The notes under the pieces were generated by a model. That model had not been told where the DNA came from and searched no databases. It was given only the letters and a program-made list of their open reading frames with translations. A program made the translations under genes and the position numbers. From Klebsormidium nitens (lineage: Eukaryota > Plantae > Klebsormidiophyceae), in the NCBI GenBank assembly GCA_000708835.1, contig DF237339.1:22922-86921 (forward strand): DNA of 64,000 nucleotides, in the 5' to 3' direction. Positions 1 to 12,203 of the stretch are shown in pieces (positions within the stretch are counted from its first letter, which is position 1; every line of letters begins with the position of its first letter).

Positions 1-1
1 G

Positions 2-3000
2 CAGTCTGGCGCGGAGGCGCCAACGTCCGGAAGAGGGCCTTCTGATGGAAAAGCGGGCGGAGGGGATTCGAGCAGCGCCCACGTGATCGAGCAGTGGCAG
101 GCCGTGCGGAACCAGGAAGGGGGGGGTCCGGAGCCGGGCGTTTCCGGGGGGGGGATCGACGAAGATAACCAGAAGCTGCGGTTCATGGAAGGGTACATTA
201 AGAACTCGTCGAGCATCATGCAGCAGCGAATGAGAAACTGGGAGAGCGAGAATCAGGAGAAATTGCAAGGGGGCGAGGGGCGCGGAGGTGGCGGGGAAAG
301 CGAGGGCGGGTTTGGGGCTGCAAACGGGGGCCTGGAGGCGCAAGCGGGGATTCCGGTGTACAGCGTTCCGCTCCTCGACCGGCGGCCGGGGTCTCGGTCG
401 AGCTCGCCCCCTCCGGCCGACCCGCAGGTCAGTGCTGCTCTGCCCTAACGGTCATCATCCGAGTGTCTTCTTCATATCTAGCCCGTTCTATGTTGTTGCC
501 TTCTACTTGACTTGTTGGAACATACCTGGCTTTCTTGGGACCAGGATCAAGTTTTACCTTTTGAAGATTTGCCGCTCAGGATACGGATGCGGCAATAGTT
601 GGGGCATACGGTCATAGTAACGAGCTCTGCTGGTTAGCATTTCCGACCGGTTCTTTTCTGTCAGCAACCCTTTCAAGCTTCGGTTTAGATCGTTTCTATG
701 CATTTTCAAGTTCTACTTCTCGTCTCCTAGGAGCCCCGCACATTTCCTTTGCCATCAGTCTCTGGCTGCCTTTGACAGCCCCTGCTTGCTCCCCAAGAAA
801 CCGCAAAGCCCTAAAACAACCCCTTAAGCTCTAAAAGAAGCCCTTAAACAAGTCGTAAACCCGCCCTCTCGCACTTTCCCCAGGGTCCTCGCACCGTCCC
901 CGTGAACGCCGACTGGGGCCTCGTCTTTGGCGTCCGGGGCAGTTCCCCGACCGCCTCCATCGCACACTACCACAAAAACCCGCAGACCCCGAACTTTCCC
1001 CCAAACAGCGATGCTAGCTGGGCTTCGATGGCGACCGCGCACTCGTCGATGCGCGCCTCGCAACACCTGCAGCGGTCAGCGATCGTGGCGGGACAGGCGC
1101 CGCCGTTTGGGGGTGTGCCGCATCCAGGGTACGGAGAGGGGGGGTAAGCGCTCTGCTCTTTCTTTGGGAGTCTTCTTCGTCAGTAGTGGATTCGTTGCGG
1201 TCCGTCCAGAAATGCTGCTTATTCGATGAGCAGATGCTCTTGATTTTGTTTGCAGAAATTCGCTTTGTAGACGTTGAAGAGTCTGCATGACGTTCCTAGG
1301 ATCCCTTATAATTCGCTGCTATGGCACTCTTTTGCAAGGGACCGTTAGGTGCTTTTAGAGCCTCCCCTCTCTTTTACTTCGCGCAATTGTTACTTGTGAT
1401 GGTCCCTTCTTAAGATTCGAAGCACAATGTAATCTTGAAGCTTATGCAGGGTGAACCCTCACCGACGTCCTGGTATGTAGAGGCGTATAGAGAAAAGGGA
1501 AGTAGAAAAGAACAGAAGAGGTAGGAAAGAGGGTCTACAACTGATTAGTTTGAGGAGCGCGTTCAATTCTCTGACGACCTAGCCATTGCTCCGCCTTCAA
1601 GTTTACTATGTCAATTCCAAGCCCTAGACCGAAACACAGACTTCGAACCCCATGCCTGACACTAAACCTCAACGCTGTTTCCCTTTTTCCCAGGCCCGTT
1701 CAGACCGCCCGCGCTCCACCTTTCCCCTCCCCCGACCAGCCGTCAAAAATTGCCCCCCCGGCCACCAAACCCGACGCTGATAGTTCCGACCCGCTGTCTT
1801 CCCTCCTCGACTTCTCCCAGCCGTCCGATGGCGCCACGTGGCGCCCCAAGGGCGTCCTGATTTCACATCTGCAGGAGCACACAAAGGCGATCAATCAATT
1901 GGCGGTCGCCCGAGATAACGTTTTCTTTGCGAGCGGGTCGGATGACGGGACCGTTCGCATCTGGGACTGTCGGAGGCTGGAGCGTGACGTGTCATTCCGG
2001 AGTAAGCTGACGTATGATACGGGTGGGGGGAGAGTTACTGGGGTGGAGATGCTGGACGGGTATGACGTGGCGGCGGCAACAAGCGGGGGCAGCATCCACG
2101 TGGCAAGGTGAGCCGGTCGGAAGGATTATGACGTCAGTGTCCCGAGCAGAAGGCTTGTCCTCGCAATATTTTGCTTCAAAGTTGCTGATGTTGTCGAACA
2201 TAGAAGTATGAACGATGAAAAGTTTTGCCTTCTTGACGAAGCGAGGCGCAAGCTGGTTAGTTCTCGCCGAATGGGCTAATCTCTCGTGCTTAAATATGCA
2301 GTGTAATACCCACTTGATAGTCACTACACGAGATGACTTTTGGATAGTCACCTGCGCACTCTATTCATGAAAGCTATTGCATGTTGCATTTTGAACCCCC
2401 ATTGTTCGTGTTTCGTACTCACCGTCCAGCTCTCGCTTTCTACCCCAGAGTCGACTACATGCCCAAGCGCCCCGGCACCGAGCGCGAGCGCGCCACGTAC
2501 GCAGGCTTCGCGGACGTCCGAAAGGTCTCTCCCGACGAGGGGTCCGTCATCTCACTCCACCGCTTCGACCCAGAAAACGGAACCGGCGACCCCGCACGTC
2601 TAGTTTTCAGCACGCAGCGGGGGGGCATTCACCTGTGGGACTTGCGAGTGGGTAAGGCGGCGTGGGTGATGAGAGGGGACGCGAAGCACGGACTGCTCAC
2701 GGCAACGGCCCTGGACGAGACACGTGGCCAGTGGATGGTCAGCGCGACAGCCCGCGGAGTGCTCACGGTGAGTTGCCGCGACTTGGGTGAGACTTAGCAA
2801 AGCAGTCGCTTTCAATGCTTTCGTTTGACCCAGGTTTTGCGATGACGCTGGTTGACACCTCGCAAGAGGCGAAGGTGTGCCCCTTCATCCTTCATCCTGC
2901 CCGTGACAATATACTTGTTCTTGCGTGACGTTTTCGCGTACAAAATTCGACTCTCCTTTCAGTGGCGGAAGACGCACTTTTGCTATCCCTGTTTCCACTT

Positions 3001-4350
3001 CTAAGCTTCTCAAAATTCCATCCCAACATCACAGCGTCGTCATTCGTCTGCTGACGTCATCCCCCTAGCGTCACCTGCTGACGTCATCCCGTGCGCTTCC
3101 CTACAGTTATGGGACCTCCGCTTCCAAATCCCGGTGCACTCGTGGCAGCATCCGCTGGCGTGCCCCATCGAAGCCCTCGCCCCAGTCCTCCCCGGGTTTG
3201 CTCCCCAAATCCTAAACCCCGACGAAACCCAAACCCGCCCAAACCCCTCCGTGCGCCCACTTATATACGTCGCCGCCGGCCAGAACGAAGTCTCGCTGTG
3301 GAACGCGGAGGACAAGTCGTGCTGCCACGTGTTCAGGGTGCCCCAGGAGGGACACGTGTCGGCACCTCCTGCGGCGCTGGCCGCCCCCCAAGGGAATCTG
3401 AAGCTTCCGGGGGGTAACAGGAGGGCAGCCGTGCAGCCCCCCCGGCCGATGAGTGTGGCGTCGCTTTTCTGCGTGGAGGAGCTACGGGTGCCTCCGCTAA
3501 GGTGAGACTTGGAATGTCTTGCGATTTTCAAGGTTGACGTCATGCGTGGGCTTCTGAGAATACGCAATATTGCTCTCGGGGCTTGGACGGTCCAAGCTCC
3601 GGGAGGCTCGTGGACTTGGCGTACAAGCTGGACGCGCTTGCAGGATTCAATGACTTTGCTGATCACATCTTTGATGCACAGCCAATCATTCCCAAATTAC
3701 CGTGGAAGGTTCCGCTACACGAGATACTAAGTCGTACAAACGAGAAACCGTTGCCACTCGGGTTAAGGCCGTATCATCCATCAGGCCAGATCTCGAACAT
3801 CCTCGAGGGGTTGCACGAATGCAGCTACATCCTTGCATCATCTCTGCTCGCAACCTTTTTCCAGAGCAAACCGTCGACTGTGATTTTCATTCTTACCAAA
3901 AACGGGCTTTTCTGATGCAGGTTACCTGGCGCGCGCGCGCTGCTCCCTCTGTTTGGCGGCTCGGCCCTTCTCACTGCCGGCACCGACTGCCGCATCCGTC
4001 ACTGGGACCGCATCCACGCCGACGGAAACTTCATCGTTGCGGGACCAACTCTCCGATCGAACGGTCAGCAGCTGCCGCAGCCCCGGGTCGAGACACGTGT
4101 CATCTCAGGCGTCCGAGTCACGCAAGAGCTGCCGCAGCCAGTGGAAGAAAAAAGTGCGGCGGCCGGGTCCCCAGAAGCTGCGCCCAGCGGTAAAACAAGT
4201 GGGCAGAACCCGAACGTTCTGACGGCTGCCGCCGTAGCGGACAGTGCGGGGTGTCATAGGGACGCCATTTTGGCGCTGGCTGGGGCGCAAACCAGCCAGA
4301 AGATTCTTATCTCTGCCAGCAGGGACGGCGTGATCAAGGTATGGAAGTAA
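2..4350 (+). CDS. VPS15: VPS15 / phosphoinositide 3-kinase regulatory subunit 4, C-terminal WD40 part (5' end outside window)
   Basis: Exons <2-427, 884-1128, 1694-2107, 2449-2767, 3107-3501, 3921-4350 join in phase with GT-AG ends. WD40 motifs: WRPKGVLISHLQEHTKAINQLAV, FFASGSDDGTVRIWD, LWDLRF, LLTAGTDCRIRHWD. C-terminus GCHRDAILAL...LISASRDGVIKVWK* is typical of plant VPS15. Confidence 0.93.
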
Positions 4351-5806
4351 GCAAGACGGGTGACAGGTTTATTATATGCACGGCGATACTTTCACATGTA
4401 CAAAATATGAACACGAGTCGCTCTGCATTCGTACGTTGACAGGGCAAGAATGTTGTGGCAAGGTTTTGTCTCTTGCCGCCTTGCTCTTTGTCCTTCGAAG
4501 GTCCAAGATTCTCGTGAATGTCGGCTAATCATGTTATTGTAGTTCAAGAAAGCATTTATCGTTGCACGTACGTCATCTATAATCTATTTGCTGGCTGCCG
4601 GCATGCATGTATAAAACGTGTCCATACAGAATCCTCGAAAGGCTATGAAAGGCGTCTCATGTCTACTGCGGCTCAAGCTTGATTGCATTCAATGTGTCTG
4701 CCTGCATGGTCGACATGCTAATTGAATAACACCAAGCCGCCAGCTATAGCATGACCCCCTCGTGCATGGCGCTCCAGGTCTTCAGCTCGCCCCCATGTCA
4801 AGTTTATTTGCTATATCTAGAGCATCGTCAACTTCTGCGCCGGCAATTTATCATGCGTTCCATGGCGTGTTATACCATGCCGCCATGGTGCGCTCATGCA
4901 GACGGTGCGCCGCATGCAGCCACGCGGCGGGCAGTCCGCCCCTGGGCGGAGATCATGTAAGGCGTGCCAGCACTTGTTATATACGGCCGGCGCATGGCCA
5001 TGCGCGTATGATTCTAATGCACAAGAAAGATGCACTTTCATGTTATATACTACCATATGGATGGCAATGATGCCGGCGACCGGACTGCGCCGCAGCTGCA
5101 TAATCCAATCTAATTAAGTGCCAACATACTTATACCTGCGCTGTACGTATCCATGCATATTGCGGCTGGCCCTGATGGAAGCTCGCATTGGATGCACTGC
5201 ATGGCTAGTGGCGAAATTCCATTAAGCATCGTATGGCTTGACTCGAGAATCGAGAACGGGAAGTAACAGTAACAATATCTCAAACTCAAACGACATCTCA
5301 TCAGGTATTTGGTTAGCCTACGCAGCACTTTCATCGGTAAATAAAGTGTTCAACTGTAGCCCAAATCTGAGCTCTGCTAAACTCTACAGACTGCTAGCTC
5401 TTGCCTCTAGCTTCCGAGCCCACTAATCGAACCAGCAGTTCCACTATCGTGTAGACCTCCCAGTTGGGACAGGTTCCGTCCAAATCGACCCCTGTCGTTT
5501 CCATCTCTGAGCCTGCCAGATTTAGTGCTGTCTTACTTCCGAAGGCCACGACAGCCCATACTACGAACTGAACCGTGTAGAGATACCTTGATATCATCTG
5601 CTGAAGACACGACCTGTACAGAAACCTCTACTCGATAGCCAAACTATCACCTACAAGTGCCGAGCTTAGCATCTACAAGAGGCGACCGCTGCTCGCTCCG
5701 GAACTATCTACACGTTGTCCACCCTTCCTACTGCCGTCACTCCTAGCTTATTCTTCAGCACCCGGCTAGACTAGCTCTACTCATCTTCATCACCATACAC
5801 TTCCGT

Positions 5807-8800
5807 TTACCGCATACTCGACCCAAAGTGATCATTCACCCGCGCGCTCAACCCCCCGATCTGCGTCCGCAGCCCCTCGTACCGCGGCTCATTCTTCAGC
5901 TCCCGCATAAATGACCGCACTCGCCCGACCTTTGCTCCCGACTGGACGTCCCTCCAGCCCCGGTCTCTCCGCCACCCCTCGGGGACCATTTCCCGCCCCC
6001 TCTCCCGGGCTTTGAACAGCGCCTGGGCCGCAAAACCGACCATGCTCTGCGGAACCTGCTCCGCGCCCAGAAGACTCGCCGCCAGCGCGCGGCTGCTCGC
6101 GCTCTCCTCGTCAAGCGCCGTCCACCCCGCGTACGAGTCCACCGGCTCCTCTGAGCTTCCGTTTCCGTTTCCGCTTCCGTTTCCATTTCCGGCCCGTTCC
6201 GGCACCGCCTTCGCCCGTTTACCAAACACGGTCTCGGCGTCCTCGAACCGGTACACGGGAGGCCCTGTCTCCGCACCGGAAGCAGCTCTCTCCTGCTGCA
6301 GCACCCGCAGTTCCTCCGCGCGCCTGTCCCGCAACAAGGCCTTCTGCAGCTTCACCAGGTTCGTGTCTTCGTCCCAGTCCACGATATCAACTAGATCGGG
6401 GCCAATCGCCTCCAACTCCGAGCGGATCGCAGCGCTCTCGGCAGCCGTTGCTTCCAGCTGTGCTTTCAGCGCAACTAGAACGACGCCCACCCGTGCGGCA
6501 ATTGCATCGTAAAGCTGGGTCTGCGAGGCGCCGGCGTCGGCGGCAGCGGCGATGAGGTCATCAACCGGGATGGGGTCTCCGACCAGGACCGCAATCTGCA
6601 GAGAAAGAGAACGGATGTTTGAGTTCGCTCCCAGCTGTCTACATAACAATTTGAGAAGCTGTGGTGACGAAATTCGATTCAGACAAGGACAACATCGTAC
6701 TCTCCTACAAGACCTTGTACCGCCTCGACAAGGACAATTTCGCGCCCTTTCTCCATATCGAGAAGCTACCAGATTGAAGCACCCCTACACAAGACGTAGA
6801 TTGACGGAATGAGAAAAGTGAGATAGAACCACCCCTACACAAGACGTAGATTGACGGAATGAGAAAAGTGAGATAGAACCACCCCTACACAAGACGCAGA
6901 TTGACGGAAAAAGAGACAAGGAAGCGAGACAGAAACGCTCCACAACCGTCCTTTTTCCAACACTTACAGGTTGGAAGCATACCCCACATTCCTCCACGCT
7001 TCAAAAGCTACACGTCCCTCACACATGTAACCAAGCAGAACGGTGACATGCCCTGCAAAAAGATATCCACTCACGTTGTTGCCTCCCGAGATCATCTTGG
7101 CCCCCCGAGGGATCACCCCGGCCATCCCGAGGTGCACAAACGGCAGCACAACCGGGGGCTCCCGGGCCTCTGCTACCAGCCTCCCCACCCCCCTCTTGAT
7201 CGGCTGGATGGTCTTCCCCCCATCCCGAGAGCGACTGCCCTCCGGAAAAAGGTGGACCCATTCGCCCCGGTCAAGTTTGGCGAGGGCGCTCTCCATTCCC
7301 TGGATATACAAATTGCTGTCAAATTCCAGCGTTAACTCGAGTTTTAGCTGCCCTATTTCCAAAAATATTGCAACTGTGCAAAAGTGAATTACCTTGCTAC
7401 TGAGATGAAGACTGGAATGCAGACGCTCCGCAAGCATACTCGAAGTTCAAGCTAGATAGAATACCAGCGATGTTCAGGGACATAGTACAGAATCCACTTT
7501 AAAATCCTCTCAAAGCCTCAACACTTTGAACAACTTTACACCTGTGTCAAGGAGTGCAACATCCCGCACTTGCTCACCTTCTGCTCAAGGCCCGCCCCCC
7601 GCTCCACCGGGAGCACCTTCACCGCCCGGAAGAACGCCGACATGGCGGGGTTCTTGAAGCAACGATCGGATGCACACAACGTCCATCGCATGGGGTGCGC
7701 ATCTAGGATGAGGCGCTGCGGAACGACGGCTGCGAGAACTAGAGGGTCGTCCATTGCTGCCACGTGGTTGCAAACAGTGACTAGTGCGGTTCCGGGGGGG
7801 CGTTCGCGGATGGCCTGTGCCAGCGTCTCTGCGCCGTAGATCTGTGGCGGGAAAGGGTAGAAGAAAATGAGCCGGATTGTGGGGCAAGCCGGGTCAGGAG
7901 AAGCCTTTGAGATCTCATTTGAATCGGAAAGAGTTCAACTCAGGGCCTAGCAATGGCCTAAAGTGCTTCCCTAGGCTGGGATGCTCACTTCCGAAGTATC
8001 TTGACCAGGCAGCAATTTGACAGGCAAATTCTGAAGGCAATGTAGAAGCGGCACCGCATCAGAACTCAAGCTGAGCAAAGCATCACGTCTTGACATTACG
8101 GTGATCGGACTATACATGATCGAGCTGCCAACAGCTGGCACCGCCAGCCTGCACTGTGACATGCCAGCATAGCATAATCCACTTGTAGGCTCAATTCTGT
8201 TTGCATATGCAATCTAAAACATCCCCAGTCTCAACGGTGATGTCACCTCAATTTGATTTCCCAACCTCAAGATGATGTTGCTTCAACTTCCAAAATGCAA
8301 CCAAAACCTGTACGCTTGGAACCATCATGAGACTCTGAGCCAAAAAGTGCTAACACCTCCATTGAAGCCCCCATGAAAGCAAAAAACCTCACCTCTGTGT
8401 TGTTGAACCCCAGCATGAACGCCTTGCTCAGAGTCGCCATGGTCGGAAGGACCACAGCCTGCAGGGCCTTCTGAACAAGCGAGGCATCCCCTTCCAGTTC
8501 TTCAATCTTCTGCCGCTTCTCCAAGACGCTACCTGTTGCTACATGCGGCAAGAAGTTGAGGTTGAGGTCACATCTAGGGCCTGACTAATGTAGAAGGGAT
8601 ATCAAGGTAAAGCCTGCTTTCAAACAGATTGTGTCCTTTGAGATCACTGATACAGACTGGCCACCTTCTTGCTTTTCTAAAGGACAAGGCTTGCTGGAAA
8701 AAGCAATGAGCTTGACAGATTGACATGGACCCATTGATTCTGAGACCTTTGAGAGGCAGCTGCAAATCAAATGACAGCAAGAAAGGCAACTCCTTTGATA

Positions 8801-9464
8801 GCAACTCCTTTGATACTTCTAATGATGCGCTAGTGGCACCATATGAAGCGCCTGAGCTAACAGGAGTCCAGATCCCTAGGAAGCTGATTCATGACCGACG
8901 TCTTAAAAAAGCTTATTCACCAGCTCCTGTACTGTCAAGGATGCAGAACCAAGAAGTACCATTACCTGGTAGCAAGTCTTTCTTCTCATTATCGTCCGCT
9001 TTTCCCTGGACACCACGCCTGATTGCCTCATACACCTCCAATACCTTCCCAGACACAGTCTCATCCACTTGCAGAGCTTCCGCATGAGCTGGCTCCTGAA
9101 GGGCCACACTCCCCCCTGCCGCTGCAACCGCAACTGCTAATGCCTTCCCCGCTTTCCTCCCCCCCTCTGAAGACCCCGCCGGCGCAGAATACCCCGCTCC
9201 AGAAAACTTCAACCAGGTAGACTGGGCCATTCTAGCAATCACGAGGTTGCCCTTGAACACCCGAGCTGCCACCAGCCCCGTTGCAACTGATGCGGCGTTT
9301 TTGGACGCTCTTTTGGGATCTGCTTTTCTCATCGATGCTCGGAAGCGGTCTCTGACACTGGTGCGGAATGTTTCTCTCACACGGCCCGTCATCTCATGGA
9401 AGCTCTGGGTGTAGCGGTCTTTGGCAGAGCTTAAAGCCGGAAGGCCCCTGTCTTCGGTGCCCAT
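5807..9464 (-). CDS. TAZ: Tafazzin-family phospholipid acyltransferase with N- and C-terminal extensions
   Basis: Exons 9464-8966, 8538(or 8532)-8393, 7841-7578, 7299-7075, 6595-5807 join in phase. Motifs LVTVCNHVAAMDDP (HX4D), RWTLCASDRCFKNP, KVLPVERGAG, WVHLFPEGSRSRDGG, PVVLPFVHLGM, VLVGDPIPVDDL. The start codon and first exon are less certain. Confidence 0.9.
6781..6909. repeat. 50-bp tandem repeat, about 2.6 copies, in the last tafazzin intron
   Basis: ACCCCTACACAAGACGTAGATTGACGGAATGAGAAAAGTGAGATAGAACC at 6781-6830 and 6831-6880 (identical), plus a partial copy at 6881-6909. Confidence 0.95.
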
Positions 9465-10220
9465 GATGACCTCAAACGCTGATGGCCCTAGTACCTGATT
9501 TCACCGCATGCTGATTCCCTTTCTTGTCACCACCCCATCTTACAGCGGTTGACGTGGATACGAGCAAGCTGAAGAGCTGCCTGGAAAGGGAGAGAGAAGG
9601 AAGAAGGCAATGTTGTCAATGTTGTGGAAAGTTCTCTGTTCAGACTCAGACTCGGAGGCTGACTCAAAGAAGTTGAGCACTAGGTCCAGGAGTGTTGATC
9701 ATTGATCAAGTGCGTGGAAGCTGATAACGGTGAAGCAGCTCCAAGGGCGACGCATCTGTACAGCTCCAGACTTGAGTGTCGCTGGAGTCCACGTGGATTC
9801 TGGATCTGACGTGGATCTTGGCGACATTTGTCTGAAGAGCGCCCTGCTGTTGTCGCCTATTGGCAAGCCTTCGAGAAGGTGTCGTACCATTACCGGGCTG
9901 CCAGCCGGCGAGACTTGCTAGGGTTCCGGCTCTGCTTTCGCATTCATGAGCATTGAGCTCCGGTTGTCGATGTGAGCACCCTAGTGACAATGACATCAAT
10001 GTCAGGATGAGCAGCTGAAACTTCTACTAGTTCTAGTATCCTAGTAGAAGTGATAGCCGGCATGCATTCAACTTCTGCCACTGGGGAGGTCTCTTCCATT
10101 GAAAACGTTTACCCGGTCGCAGAGCAAGAGGCGGTAGGTCCAGGTTGTTTCTTCGCAAGTGCACCATAGAGCTTCGTTGTGGCTGTCTTATCGCTAGAAC
10201 GCAATCACCGACGCGCAAAC

Positions 10221-10944
10221 ATGAACCCAACACCCGTGTGGCTCTCGCAAAGCGCGGCAGCAATTTGGGCCTGGTTCGAGTCCAATGGGTTCTATGTCTT
10301 GGCCCTCTTACTCGCAATTGCAATTCTGTACCCGCGATTGAAACGCAGGGTCGAAGTTGCACGGTCAAAAGCAACAGATTATGGTGAGTTGAATGTTAAC
10401 AGGACGTCACTCCTGAATCTTTCTGGCAGGAAAGTGAAGGATACGAGGTCTTTGAAGCAGGTTTGACGATATGATGAACTTTCTCTTTTTCATGTCCAGT
10501 TTGTTTCTTCTTGAAGTTGAAAGCTGACCTTAGTGTGCTTCAGCAGGGGCCAACATCCACATTCGTGTCATTCCCTGCGACTGTCCTTCACATTGGACAT
10601 TCTTGCTTGTGCTGGAAAATGCCCCCCTTCCGACATATCCAGGGCTACTTTGAGCGGTGTTTTAATCTCGTTGCTCTCCTTGTCTCGAATCTCCGTCTTG
10701 ATGTTGCTTTGCTCCTCTGTGTCCAGCCGCAGAGAAGGTCCAAGAATTCGAAGAGCATCGGCGTGCGCGGATCAAGAAGCAACAAGAAGATCTGGACAGG
10801 GCCAAAGCAGAGCACTTACAAAGGAGGAAATTGGAAGCAGAAAGAGAGCGGGAGCAGCGGCTAGCCGAAATTAAGCAGAAAGCGAGAAGGTTGGGCGTGG
10901 ATCCATCCTTTCTGGGGAAAGGAGAGCGGCTCGATGGCTCGTGA
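10221..10944 (+). CDS. Selenoprotein S (VIMP)-like single-pass membrane protein, 126 aa, with C-terminal SHP box
   Basis: Exons 10221-10383 and 10727-10944 join in phase 1. N-terminal TM (GFYVLALLLAIAILY), charged coiled coil (QEFEEHRRARIKKQQEDLDRAKAEHLQRRKLEAEREREQRL) and terminal SFLGKGERLDGS*. Confidence 0.7.
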
Positions 10945-12203
10945 CGCACTTCTATGGAGTTTTTCTCTCACATAGACACGGGGGTCGGGATTATCACAGC
11001 GTATGGGTCATCGGTGGAGGGGTGAGCAGACCACTTCTCCTGTGAGATATGTTTGCCTGTCTTGTTGGGCTGACAAAGAAGACGCTCGTTTCTCAGAACC
11101 ATGTTCGTTCCTTTGTTTGCTAACAAGATGCGTCTCGAAGTTGCAGATTTTGGCAGTGTCTTTCATACAACATTTGTGCATGGAATTGGAGATTACCTTT
11201 TTGAAAGGCACAGCCATCGTTTGACCAACATGACCATTGTTTAGTCATTGTTCGGATCAAAATGCAAAACCTGAAAGTTAATTTCCTTGTTGCAGGCACA
11301 GCTGAGAAAGCGACTGTTTGGGTTGCCAATAAGAGCTTCCGGTGGAAAGTTCTTTCAGTCTTTCCATGCATAAGTATAACGTTCTAAGACCCACAAAGAG
11401 TTTGTACAACGAGTCAATTAGAATTGAAGACATTTGTCATAAGGTATGTACGAGTCGACTTTGGTATTTAAAAACTAGTTTGATCTTTCGATGGGCGCGG
11501 TGTCGGTGATCATTCCGTACTTCCGCCATGCCCAGCATCAAAGTGTTAACCACTGAGAAGTACTGGTGCACAATGTTTTGCATGTAAGCACTCATGGTAG
11601 AAGCATGTGTGCGGTTGCAGCAAAGATGGGTCTCTAGCCGATACGCATGCATCGTTCTTGAGTCGATTGTTATCTGCTGTTGCCCTACCATGTAATTTGT
11701 CCTATTGACAGTCTCTATATATACTTAGGGTTTTTTGTGGGACCTTCCATCATGTGAAAGGTCATGCATGCATGCAAAAGCAATTTTGCAATCGCACGCC
11801 TCCGCCCGGGCGCAAACTATATAGTGTGGCCACCACGAACCTTATAATGATCGGACAACATGAAAAATATATGTTAAAGCAAGGTACGTGTGATCGCGTC
11901 ATATGCCTTCGACAGTTCATGGGTGCACAATCCTTAGAAAGTGTGCATGCAAGCCAGCTAGGTCCGACAGATTGCAGGACAACCACAGGGACTGCAAGCA
12001 TATACAACAATCGTCATACGCTGATATTGGCTGCGTCAGGTCAAGCGACATCGATCAAAGTCACGTGTACATAAGAAACACTCATGGCACTGGTTTCGCC
12101 TTTGCAACGGCTCATGACTAAGCAGGCCTCGCACTTCATACAACAATGATATTGTAGTATCAAATCGGTCAGAGTCTTCTGGAGTCCATGAAAAATGTGA
12201 AAA

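Noticed and set aside
3583-3915. 110-aa ORF inside a VPS15 intron
   Set aside because: The flanking exons join in phase without it and it has no recognisable motif, so it is probably a chance ORF.
7794-7800. Possible frameshift at the G7 run in tafazzin exon 3
   Set aside because: Recounting gives an in-frame RPPGTALVTVCNH.
10942-10944. TGA of the SelS-like gene as selenocysteine
   Set aside because: The context is GS* right after a complete SHP box rather than the SelS GGU(G) ending. The read-through is not SelS-like, and I could not see an AUGA-AA-GA SECIS in 10945-11400. A SECISearch3 run would settle it.
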